Origin: Thermoproteota archaeon
GTDB taxonomy: Archaea; Korarchaeota; Korarchaeia; Korarchaeales; Korarchaeaceae
DNA: 64,000 bases
Assembly: GCA_027492205.1 (NCBI GenBank)
Contig: JAOZFN010000011.1
Coordinates: 1 to 64,000 of the forward strand
Direction of reading: 5' to 3'
The notes under the pieces were generated by a model that was not told the DNA's origin, searched no databases, and was given only the letters and a program-made list of their open reading frames with translations. Within the stretch, counting starts at the first letter, position 1. Every line of letters begins with the position of its first letter. This document shows positions 56,538 to 64,000 of the stretch, piece after piece. The position numbers were made by a program, and so were the translations under genes.

Positions 56538-58505
56538 GTGGTCGTCGTCGAGCAGCTCAGGAAGGCGCTGATCGTCGTCAGGCTGTTCGCGGGCGCGCTC
56601 AGCCTGATCTTGGCGGCCGCCCTCCTGGCGGGTCTCGCCCTGTTTCAGGACAGGAACCCCGCCTCCCTCATCCTGGGCTCCGCGCTGGCCATGGTCTACG
56701 GCATAGGGGGTCTGATCTTCTTGGGGGGCATGTTCGGTAGGCTGGCCAGGAGGTTCGAGATGAGAGGCGAGGCGGCGACGCCCGAGCCCATCTACGGCTT
56801 CTTGTCCCTGCTCGTCGCCGGCATCGGGTCGACGATGGGCATCTCCATGCTGACGGTCCTCCCCTACGCAATAAGGTCCTCCTCGCTGGCCTCCACCCTG
56901 GCCGCCATAGCCCTGTCCGGGGGCATCTCCCTCCTGCTGGCGCAGGCCTACGGCACCATGGGGAGGCTCCTCTCCGGCCGTGGGGAGAGGTCGGTCGGCG
57001 GCCCGGCCTTCGTCAAGTCGGCCTACGGACCCGGGGCGTCGTACTTCCTCAGCAGGCTCAGCATGTGGGTGGGCACCACGGCACTCACGGCCTTCAACCT
57101 GGTGATGTCGATCAAGTTCCTGGCGTCCTACCTCCCGGACGTCCTGCTCGCGTTCCGGATCTCGGGATTCGCGTCGTACGTCACGATCGCCGTCGTGGGC
57201 CTTGCTGTCCTCCTATGGGCCGCCATCCTGTTCAAGTACGAGGGCACCCACAGGCGGGAGGTCGCGCTGGTCCAGGCGGGCCTGATAGCCGCCTTCCTGA
57301 CCCTCCTGACCCTCAGCCTGTCCAGCTTCCTGGGGTCGGCTCCATCGCCCCCCCTCCGCGTCCTCGCGGAGAGCCACCTGACCCTCAGAGACGTGATATT
57401 CAACGCCGGCTACATCTACCTGGTCCTCTTCGGCTTCCAAGAGGTCCAGGCCCTCTTCGAGGAGAGCAAGCCCGAGGTGAGGATTCCGCTCCTGGGAGCA
57501 GTGCCAAGGGAGAGGTACGTCGGCTGGGCGATGATGCTCACCGTCGCCGCGTCGACGGCGATCTTCGCGGTCTACTCGATAGTCATCTCCCCCTTCGACC
57601 TCTCTGGCGACATCCCTCCCCTGGAGATCTCCTTCGGGATCGGGGAGATGGCCATCCTCGTGAACGCCTCCCTGGTCCTGCTGGCCGCGATAACGACCCT
57701 CACTCCCTCCTACATGGCCGCCAAGAGGCACCTGGAGGAGCTCGGGAGGGACGGCCTCATACCCGCCTCCATCACGAGGCACTCCTGGATGTTCACCCTG
57801 GCCATGGCGCTCATCATGGGCCTCCTGGAGACCAACACCCTCGTGGGGATAGCGGACGTGGGCATACTCCTCTCCCTCGCCCTCATCTCCCTGGCGGACT
57901 TCCAGCTCAGGAGGGGGAGCATAGGGCCGCTGGCGACCGCCAGGGACCTGGCCGTGTCTGCGGCCTGCCTGGTCGTGCTCGCCGCGTACTACCTCATCGA
58001 GCCCCAGACGTTCATCCTCGGCATCATGTTCCTCGTCCTGAACTGGTTCATCTTCTCGGTGTTCAGGCTGGGGGCCGGAATGAACCTCTTCATGGCCACC
58101 CTGACCCTCACGACCTACGTGGTCATCGAGCGGGTTCAGCTCGCGCAGGCCTTCTTGGGCGTCTGGGTGACCAAGAGGGTGGGGACCGTCCTCCTACTGC
58201 TGGCCGCGGCCTACTTAGTTCAGGCCGTGCTCCAGCTCAGGCTCAGGGAGGTGTGGTACGACCTCCTGAGACTGGTCGGGTCCGGACTCAGGTCACTCAA
58301 GGTGGCCTTCTCCCCAGTGATCTCGGACGTGAGGGACGAACTCGAGAAGACCTCGCTCATGAGGAAGAGGTACGAGATCATCGACGCGGCCATAAGGCTC
58401 GAGCACCTCAGGGAAGAGAGCCCAGAACTCTACAACAAGCTTCAGCCGCTGGTGAGGAGGGATCTCGAGAGGCTGCTGAGGTACGTGAGGCAGGAGGGCG
58501 GCTGA
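56538..58505 (+). CDS. APC-family amino acid permease with extra N- and C-terminal TM segments
   Basis: GIGSTMG.S, VGG..FV..AYG, FGFQ......EE.K.P, R.L..LGRDG.IP. Confidence 0.8.
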   Translation: MVVVEQLRKALIVVRLFAGALSLILAAALLAGLALFQDRNPASLILGSALAMVYGIGGLIFLGGMFGRLARRFEMRGEAATPEPIYGFLSLLVAGIGSTMGISMLTVLPYAIRSSSLASTLAAIALSGGISLLLAQAYGTMGRLLSGRGERSVGGPAFVKSAYGPGASYFLSRLSMWVGTTALTAFNLVMSIKFLASYLPDVLLAFRISGFASYVTIAVVGLAVLLWAAILFKYEGTHRREVALVQAGLIAAFLTLLTLSLSSFLGSAPSPPLRVLAESHLTLRDVIFNAGYIYLVLFGFQEVQALFEESKPEVRIPLLGAVPRERYVGWAMMLTVAASTAIFAVYSIVISPFDLSGDIPPLEISFGIGEMAILVNASLVLLAAITTLTPSYMAAKRHLEELGRDGLIPASITRHSWMFTLAMALIMGLLETNTLVGIADVGILLSLALISLADFQLRRGSIGPLATARDLAVSAACLVVLAAYYLIEPQTFILGIMFLVLNWFIFSVFRLGAGMNLFMATLTLTTYVVIERVQLAQAFLGVWVTKRVGTVLLLLAAAYLVQAVLQLRLREVWYDLLRLVGSGLRSLKVAFSPVISDVRDELEKTSLMRKRYEIIDAAIRLEHLREESPELYNKLQPLVRRDLERLLRYVRQEGG

Positions 58506-58513
58506 GCCCAGCC

Positions 58514-59272
58514 TCAGCCGCTGACCTTCACCAGCTCGGGCCCCTCGGCCCTCTTCCTGCCCTCCATTCGTGAGGCGGCGACTCGAAAGTACCCCACCCT
58601 CCTCGCCACGACGAGTCCACGCTCGGTCAGCCTTATCCTGAATCCCCTCCCCTCCCCCTGGGCGGGGGTCACCTCGACGAGGCCGTGGGGCTTCAGGTAG
58701 CGGTTGATGTAGTAGTCGATGGTCGCCACCCTCCTCCTGAGTTCGTCGGTCTTCCCCCTCCTCTTCCCCCTCCCCCTGTGCTCCACGCTGGTTGCCAGCT
58801 CGCTGAGCTTCACCCCCCCTGGGTTCTTCGCGAGCGCGTCTATAATGTCGAGGACCCTCTCGGGCATCGCCAGCACGCTAGCCGGAGGGACCGGGATCTC
58901 GTCGACCGAGTCCCCGTAGGCGACCACCACCCTGAGGCCGAAGAAGGAGGCGGCCAGCTGGAAGGCGGCCGGGACCACCGGGGAAACGGAGTTGAGAAGG
59001 AGGTAGACCTCGGCCCCGGCCCTCTGGGCGTCGTGGGCCACGTGCTCGACGACGTCGAGCACCTCGTCAATGTTGTACAGGTTGACCTCCTCTACGACTA
59101 CCCTCTCAACAAAGGGGCCGACCCGCTCGCAGTACTCCTTTACGGCCGACTCTCCCCTCGAACCCCTCTGAACAAGTCCATAGACCACCTTGGGGGGCAG
59201 CTTCCTGTGTACGGCCGTTAGCTCCTCTATCGAGCCGTTCTCGGCAAGCACCAGGTAGATGCCCCCGGCCAA
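58514..59272 (-). CDS. CARF-like (DUF6293/Csa3-type) + wHTH transcription regulator
   Basis: Rossmann-like N-domain (V.LYNIDEV...VYLLLNS.S.....A...AA), EIP.PP linker, wHTH ending RIRLTERG. Start TTG 59272 or 59308. Confidence 0.72.
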   Translation of the reverse strand: MAGGIYLVLAENGSIEELTAVHRKLPPKVVYGLVQRGSRGESAVKEYCERVGPFVERVVVEEVNLYNIDEVLDVVEHVAHDAQRAGAEVYLLLNSVSPVVPAAFQLAASFFGLRVVVAYGDSVDEIPVPPASVLAMPERVLDIIDALAKNPGGVKLSELATSVEHRGRGKRRGKTDELRRRVATIDYYINRYLKPHGLVEVTPAQGEGRGFRIRLTERGLVVARRVGYFRVAASRMEGRKRAEGPELVKVSG

Positions 59273-59290
59273 GGCGGTCGCCTTCCGCTG

Positions 59291-59450
59291 CAAAATACAT
59301 TTTGACAACTAAAAAAGGCTTCTAACATCAAAGCAACTTCCACGTTGTATGCTGGGCATTTGAAGTTAAGTTTTGAATTTACACAGGAACTTTAAGTACC
59401 ACAATTTATCTATATGATCGGTGAAAGTTATGTCAAACTTACGCGAAAGT
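59291..59450. promoter_or_regulatory. AT-rich divergent promoter region with repeated AAGTT/AACTT half-sites
   Basis: CAAAAT-AC-ATTTTG (59291-59304), AAGTT-N6-AACTT (59425-59440), further half-sites near 59335, 59363 and 59388; TATA-like TTTATCTATA. Confidence 0.55.
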
Positions 59451-59461
59451 GGGGGTGCGCA

Positions 59462-60574
59462 TTGGTCAAGGCCGTCAGGCGCCGCGCCGACCAGCTTGGC
59501 CCGCTGGAGCCCTACCTGGGGGAGGCTCCCCTAGAGTACAAGCTGGTACCGTACGAGAGCCTGAGGACTGAACTCGCCACCCAGGCTGTTGAGTACGCCG
59601 CCGAAACCGCGAAGCTCGCCTTAAAGGTTCGGAGGCTCAGGGCCGCCCTGGAGTCCGCCGTCGGGATCCTCCGGGTTGACCCGGTCGACCCCTCTTCCTC
59701 CCTCTTCGGTGCCGCGGACGCCGGCGCCAACGGCCGAGATCTGCTGGTTGGAGTCTACCCCGTGATCACGGCCGTGGGGGCGACCTTCAGAGGCGCCTCC
59801 ATGCTCTTCGGCCCCAAGTCCGCGACGACCAAACTCCCAAGGCTCTACGGGGATGAGGAGGAGGCGAGAAAGCTCTCCACCCTCGTGGGGTACTATCTCC
59901 AGTTCGAGCTGGCCAGGCACATGCTCGAGGAGGCCAGGGACGGGGTCCTGCTCGACGGCCCGTTGATCCTCAGGAGGAGCGTCTACAGTCCGAGGGGTAG
60001 GCACTACGGGGAAACCTACGTCCGGGCCTACTGGTCGGCGTGGAGGTCGCTCGCGCTCCTGCTCGAGGAGGCCAGGGACAGGGGGGTCCCGGTCGTCGGC
60101 GTCGTGAAGCGGGTCCGGTCGACGCAGGTTGCCAGGAGGGTGGGGCTGGACTCGACTGGCGACTCTGCCCTGGCGGCCCTCTGCCTGTCTCCGGGGGAGT
60201 ACACCTCCCCCACGCCGATGGAGTCCGCCTGGGTCGACCTGGTCGGACACCTCAGGGAGGCGGACGTGAGCCCCCGCGGCCTGAGGCCCCACTCCCTGAT
60301 CGTTAGAGCGGGGCAGGGCGGGCAGTCCTACAGGGTGGATGTGCCGGAGTTCGCCCTCGACAGGGTACACGAGATCGTCAGCAGGCTCTACTCACTCCGG
60401 GTCCCGCCCTCAGGTCTACCCGTGCCGATAGTGGCGGTGGACCGCCTTACCCGGGTGACGAACCGCGAGGCCGCCCTGCTCCACCGCCGGATGTTCTCGA
60501 CCCTGGCCTCCAAGCTGGGGGCCGACAGGGTCGACATACTCACCCTGCTGACCCTGCAGCACGGTGAGTCGTGA
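59462..60574 (+). CDS. NurA-family nuclease
   Basis: GAADAG, LLDGPL, VGVVKR, G.P.PI..VD; GTGA overlap with HerA. Start TTG 59462 or ATG 59414. Confidence 0.82.
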   Translation: MVKAVRRRADQLGPLEPYLGEAPLEYKLVPYESLRTELATQAVEYAAETAKLALKVRRLRAALESAVGILRVDPVDPSSSLFGAADAGANGRDLLVGVYPVITAVGATFRGASMLFGPKSATTKLPRLYGDEEEARKLSTLVGYYLQFELARHMLEEARDGVLLDGPLILRRSVYSPRGRHYGETYVRAYWSAWRSLALLLEEARDRGVPVVGVVKRVRSTQVARRVGLDSTGDSALAALCLSPGEYTSPTPMESAWVDLVGHLREADVSPRGLRPHSLIVRAGQGGQSYRVDVPEFALDRVHEIVSRLYSLRVPPSGLPVPIVAVDRLTRVTNREAALLHRRMFSTLASKLGADRVDILTLLTLQHGES

Positions 60575-63273
60575 GGTGCCGCCGATTGGAGGACGCCAGG
60601 ATTGTGGGCTACGTGATGTCGGGGTCGACTCCAACGAGGATAGCGTTCGTCGTTCGAAGAGACAGGAGAGTTGCCGTTGGAAGGTACTACGGGTTTAAAC
60701 ACCCGTTCTTTGGTCCGGACGGGCCCACGGTCTTCGTCCGGGTCTACGAGATCACCGCGATCAACGAGGAGATGGAGTCGGGCAGGGCCGCGGTCCTGGC
60801 ATCCTCCTCCGGGCTCGTCCCGGACTACCCCAGCGAGCTGGAGTACCTTCTCGCTGAGTCGGAGGTGCTCGGGTACAGGGATCCAGCCACGGGGGAGATA
60901 ACGCCCCTAGAGTCTCCCCCGTCCACCATGACGCCGGTGCTGGAGCCGACGGCCGAGGAGCTGGCCCGCTTCGTCGGAGACACCGCCACCGGCGGGACCC
61001 CCGTGAGGGTGGGGGCGATGAGGGGCCTCGGAGCCCCCCTCCACCTGGACCTCGACGCCATCGCCAGGGGGCACATGTTCGTCGCGGGCATGACCAGGTC
61101 GGGTAAGAGCGTATCTGGAGACACTGTAGTGGCGATCTACGACGTTGCAGAGGACAGGATGTGGCTCGGCCCCATCGGGGACTTCTTCGCGGCCATGAGG
61201 GGCAGGGTGGGGGGGGTTAGGTTCTTCACGCTCGCCCTCAACAGGAGGACCCTCCAGCCCGAGTGGGCGCCGGTCAAGGCGGTCTTGGCCCACCCCGCCC
61301 CCAGGAGGATGTACGAGATCGTCACGGAGACCGGTCGGAGGCTGAGGGTGACCGGCGACCACTCCCTCCTTGTGTTCAGGGGCGGCAGGGTAGTCGCCGT
61401 CAGGCCCGAGTCGGTGAGGGTGGGCAGGGACTACGTGATCGTCCCCTGGGGCGGCGGGGAATTGGGCAGGGGGGGGATCGACAGGCCGGAGGCGATGGTG
61501 GCTGGGGTGGTGGCGGCTCAGGGGCTCCCGTGGAGGGGTGGAAGTGAGGTCTTCGTCTTCGGCGTGCCGGAGGACTTCACGCTCTCCCTCGCTTCTCTGG
61601 GGATCGACTGGGCCGAGCTTCGCGATCCTTCGAGCGTTTTAATTAGTGGAGAAGGGATCGTGAGAGTCGCCGCGCGAGAAGGACCGGCCTTTGCCCTCAG
61701 ATTCGATGGCAGAACCGCTAAAGCGGCCATTTACTCCTCTCTGAACTCGATGGGCTCTGCCTGCAACGGAAATGGAAACTTCACGGTGTTCTCAAACTCC
61801 CAGCTGGAGCTCCGGATAGCGTCGATCCTGGCCGGGATAGTCGGGGTCAGGACTGTGGAGCTCGGGGAAGGTTACCTCATCCTGGACTCTAAGGACTTCA
61901 GGATCCTCAAGGAGGACGTCACCGGGAGGCTCAGCGGAGCGGGGGCGCTCACGATCCGAATCCCGCTCGACGGCCCTCGAAAGATCAGGCTCCTGGCAAA
62001 GAAGATCCTCGGCCCGGGAGATCTCGTGGACAAGGAGAGGCTCCTAAGGGCCCAAGAGAAGATTACGAGGCTGCTGGAGAAAGCGGGCAGCTCCAGGGAC
62101 CGGGCCCAGCTCGAGAGGCTCGCCAGGCTCATAGGCAGGATCCTGAACGCCAGGGTCACGTTCGAGAAGGTGGCCGCCGTGATGGAGGTTGACTCGGAGG
62201 AGGAGCTCGTCTACGACCTGAGCGTCGAAAGGCGCGAGAACTTCCTGGCTAACGGCGTCTTCGTCCACAACAGCAGCTTCACGCTGAACCTGATCAGGAG
62301 GGGCATGGAGGTCAACCCCAGCCCAAGGTTCCTGATACTCGACAGGAGGGGGGAGTACGAGGGCCTCGCCGACCTGGGCGGGACCGTGATGGAGTACAGG
62401 GCCTTCCTACCGACGTCGGGCGCCCTCAGGCCGGAGGACGTCGCCCGCAGGGCCGGGCTAGACAGGGGGACCAGGGCGTGGGAGCTGACCGTGATGGCGG
62501 CCGAGGAGGCTGCGGCTGCGGGGGACGCGACCGTGGACGGCATAATCTCGAGGGCTCGAGCCCTGGCCGCCAGGATGGCCCTCAGGGACAGGACGCACCT
62601 CCTCCGCCGCCTCGAGGCGAGGCTCAGGAGGGCCGCCCACGATATAGAGAGGTCCAGGGGGGAGGGCGTCGACGTGGTGAAGGTCCTCAGGGAATTCCCG
62701 GCGGTGGTGGTCGACCTGAGCCTCGACAACCACTACGACGACCAGTTTGTGGCCCTCCGCAGTATGATCAGGAGGCTGGTGTCGCACGCGGTCGGCAGGA
62801 GGAAGGCCGGGGACTTCGCAGCCATAGTGGTGGTGGAGGAGGCCCAGTACCTCGCCCCGGAGAGAGGGTCGCCGGTGGTGGGCGACCCCTACGGCTCCGG
62901 CGTGGCGTCGGCCCTGACCGAGGCCATCAGCCAGGCCGGGGGATACAACCTAGGGTTCGTCGTGGTGACGCAGAGGCCGAGCTACGTGTCCAAGGGGGTC
63001 ATCAGCCAGTGCAACACAGTCGCCGCCTTCAGGCTGCAGAGCGGAAACGACCAAGAGGCTATAGCCAAGTACACCGAGGCGGGCGAGGCAGTGGTCAGGT
63101 TCCTGCCGTCCCTCAGGGACCACGAGGCGGTCGTGTGGGGAATGGCCAGCCCGATCCCATTCCCCGTCCTGGTCAGGGTGGAGGTGGAGGCCTTCCCGTC
63201 AAAGGCCTCGGCGAGGCCCAGCGAGGCCTGGAGGAGGATGGCCAGGGCCCAGGGGGGGCCGGGGCCGAGGTGA
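60571..63273 (+). CDS. HerA-like ATPase (HAS barrel + DUF87) containing an intein
   Basis: H.FVAGMTRSGK|S, ILDRRGEY, Walker B VVEEAQ, TQRPS, SQCNT. Confidence 0.92.
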   Translation: MRCRRLEDARIVGYVMSGSTPTRIAFVVRRDRRVAVGRYYGFKHPFFGPDGPTVFVRVYEITAINEEMESGRAAVLASSSGLVPDYPSELEYLLAESEVLGYRDPATGEITPLESPPSTMTPVLEPTAEELARFVGDTATGGTPVRVGAMRGLGAPLHLDLDAIARGHMFVAGMTRSGKSVSGDTVVAIYDVAEDRMWLGPIGDFFAAMRGRVGGVRFFTLALNRRTLQPEWAPVKAVLAHPAPRRMYEIVTETGRRLRVTGDHSLLVFRGGRVVAVRPESVRVGRDYVIVPWGGGELGRGGIDRPEAMVAGVVAAQGLPWRGGSEVFVFGVPEDFTLSLASLGIDWAELRDPSSVLISGEGIVRVAAREGPAFALRFDGRTAKAAIYSSLNSMGSACNGNGNFTVFSNSQLELRIASILAGIVGVRTVELGEGYLILDSKDFRILKEDVTGRLSGAGALTIRIPLDGPRKIRLLAKKILGPGDLVDKERLLRAQEKITRLLEKAGSSRDRAQLERLARLIGRILNARVTFEKVAAVMEVDSEEELVYDLSVERRENFLANGVFVHNSSFTLNLIRRGMEVNPSPRFLILDRRGEYEGLADLGGTVMEYRAFLPTSGALRPEDVARRAGLDRGTRAWELTVMAAEEAAAAGDATVDGIISRARALAARMALRDRTHLLRRLEARLRRAAHDIERSRGEGVDVVKVLREFPAVVVDLSLDNHYDDQFVALRSMIRRLVSHAVGRRKAGDFAAIVVVEEAQYLAPERGSPVVGDPYGSGVASALTEAISQAGGYNLGFVVVTQRPSYVSKGVISQCNTVAAFRLQSGNDQEAIAKYTEAGEAVVRFLPSLRDHEAVVWGMASPIPFPVLVRVEVEAFPSKASARPSEAWRRMARAQGGPGPR
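61108..62271 (+). mobile_element. Intein (388 aa) in the HerA Walker A motif, with degenerate LAGLIDADG region
   Basis: Begins SVSGDT, block B TGDHSL, block F VYDLSV, ends FVHN followed by Ser; splicing restores GMTRSGKS. Confidence 0.95.
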
Positions 63274-63320
63274 GGCGGTCAGACGAACCTCGCGGCGGGA
63301 CTGCCAGGAGAACTCTCAAG

Positions 63321-63370
63321 TAACTTCTTTGAGTTTTTGCATTACAGAAGTTATTTATTTTTTTGTTTCA
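63321..63370 (+). terminator. Hairpin + T-tract after herA
   Basis: TAACTTCT-N17-AGAAGTTA followed by TTTATTTTTTTGTTT. Confidence 0.55.
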
Positions 63371-63433
63371 ACGCGGAGCCTGAAATTGCCGAAACCCTTA
63401 AAAGGAAGATCGGAGACATCTCCCGGGACCCGC

Positions 63434-64000
63434 ATGAGGTCACGGCTTCAGAGAGCTTTCTGGGCCGCGGTCCCCATCCTCGTCTTCGTTGCGGGTTCGC
63501 CCCTCCTAACTGGGGGGGCGTACGGGCCGGTCAACGGGCAGCCATCGCCCGATACGTCCGCAGTGACCCCCGTTGACGGAAGCGTGAGAGAAGCGAGGGT
63601 GCTGGGGCAGAGTGTGGGGGAGCCGGGCGGGTACCCCTTCGCCGGCTGGTACACGGACTCCGTCGCCGTAGACGAAGCAGGAGACACGGCGATCTTCGCT
63701 TGGGTCTCGGTAGACAGTCAGGGAGACAGAGACGCGGTCTATCTGATGTTTATGAGGTTCGGCGAGTGGAACGCGACGAAGAGGGTGGAGAGGGCCGCCC
63801 TCTGGGAGGACGTCGTGAGCCTAGACTCCATCGCCGTGGGGGGCGGCGTGATCCTCGTGACGATGACCGAGACCGAGTCTGATGGCTCTCAGACCGACGT
63901 CTACGCGTCCATTTTCACAACGGACGGGCAGCACGTGTGGAGCGGCCTGGTGGCCGACACGGTTGACGTGTACGATGAGTACAGCAGGTCCTGCTGGGTT
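63434..64000 (+). CDS. Secreted beta-rich (propeller-like) protein, 5' part only
   Basis: MRSRLQRAFWAAVPILVFVAG signal; frame open to the window end (189 codons). Confidence 0.7.
   Translation, partial: MRSRLQRAFWAAVPILVFVAGSPLLTGGAYGPVNGQPSPDTSAVTPVDGSVREARVLGQSVGEPGGYPFAGWYTDSVAVDEAGDTAIFAWVSVDSQGDRDAVYLMFMRFGEWNATKRVERAALWEDVVSLDSIAVGGGVILVTMTETESDGSQTDVYASIFTTDGQHVWSGLVADTVDVYDEYSRSCWV

Noticed and set aside
1-63273. SMC gene and nurA-herA as one canonical herA-mre11-rad50-nurA operon
   Set aside because: They are ~58 kb apart, with no mre11 in the window.

Overview
GC-rich archaeal chromosomal window (AGG/AGA-rich Arg codons, TATA-type promoters, many TTG/GTG starts; probably a thermophilic Thermoproteota/Korarchaeia-like lineage, which is inference). 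No rRNA, tRNA, CRISPR array, transposase or integrase could be seen. 1-18.5 kb: a defence/toxin-antitoxin island starting at the 3' end of a membrane-anchored SMC/Rad50-like gene. The last ~90 bp of that gene recur twice downstream with the same left boundary, as in tandem att-site integrations. The island holds two ABC-ATPase + TOPRIM-like pairs, an AAA_14 ATPase, many TA modules with preferentially broken toxins, two paralogous secreted proteins and a stand-alone ubiquitin-like ORF. 18.5-40 kb: mixed housekeeping genes, a split PolB2/RadA-like/arCOG07300 module with a shared upstream motif, a surface-protein gene bracketed by a perfect 181-bp direct repeat, and a DUF4430 + ECF-S putative cobalamin uptake unit with a divergent regulator and a palindromic operator. 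40-58 kb: a cluster of secreted proteases (subtilase with ~18 inserted Asp-rich repeats, gingipain-like C25, caspase-fold protein) and transporters. 58.5-63.3 kb: a CARF-like/wHTH regulator divergent from a NurA-HerA pair whose HerA has a Walker A intein and lacks the usual arginine finger. Family names come from motif recognition by eye, not from database searches.
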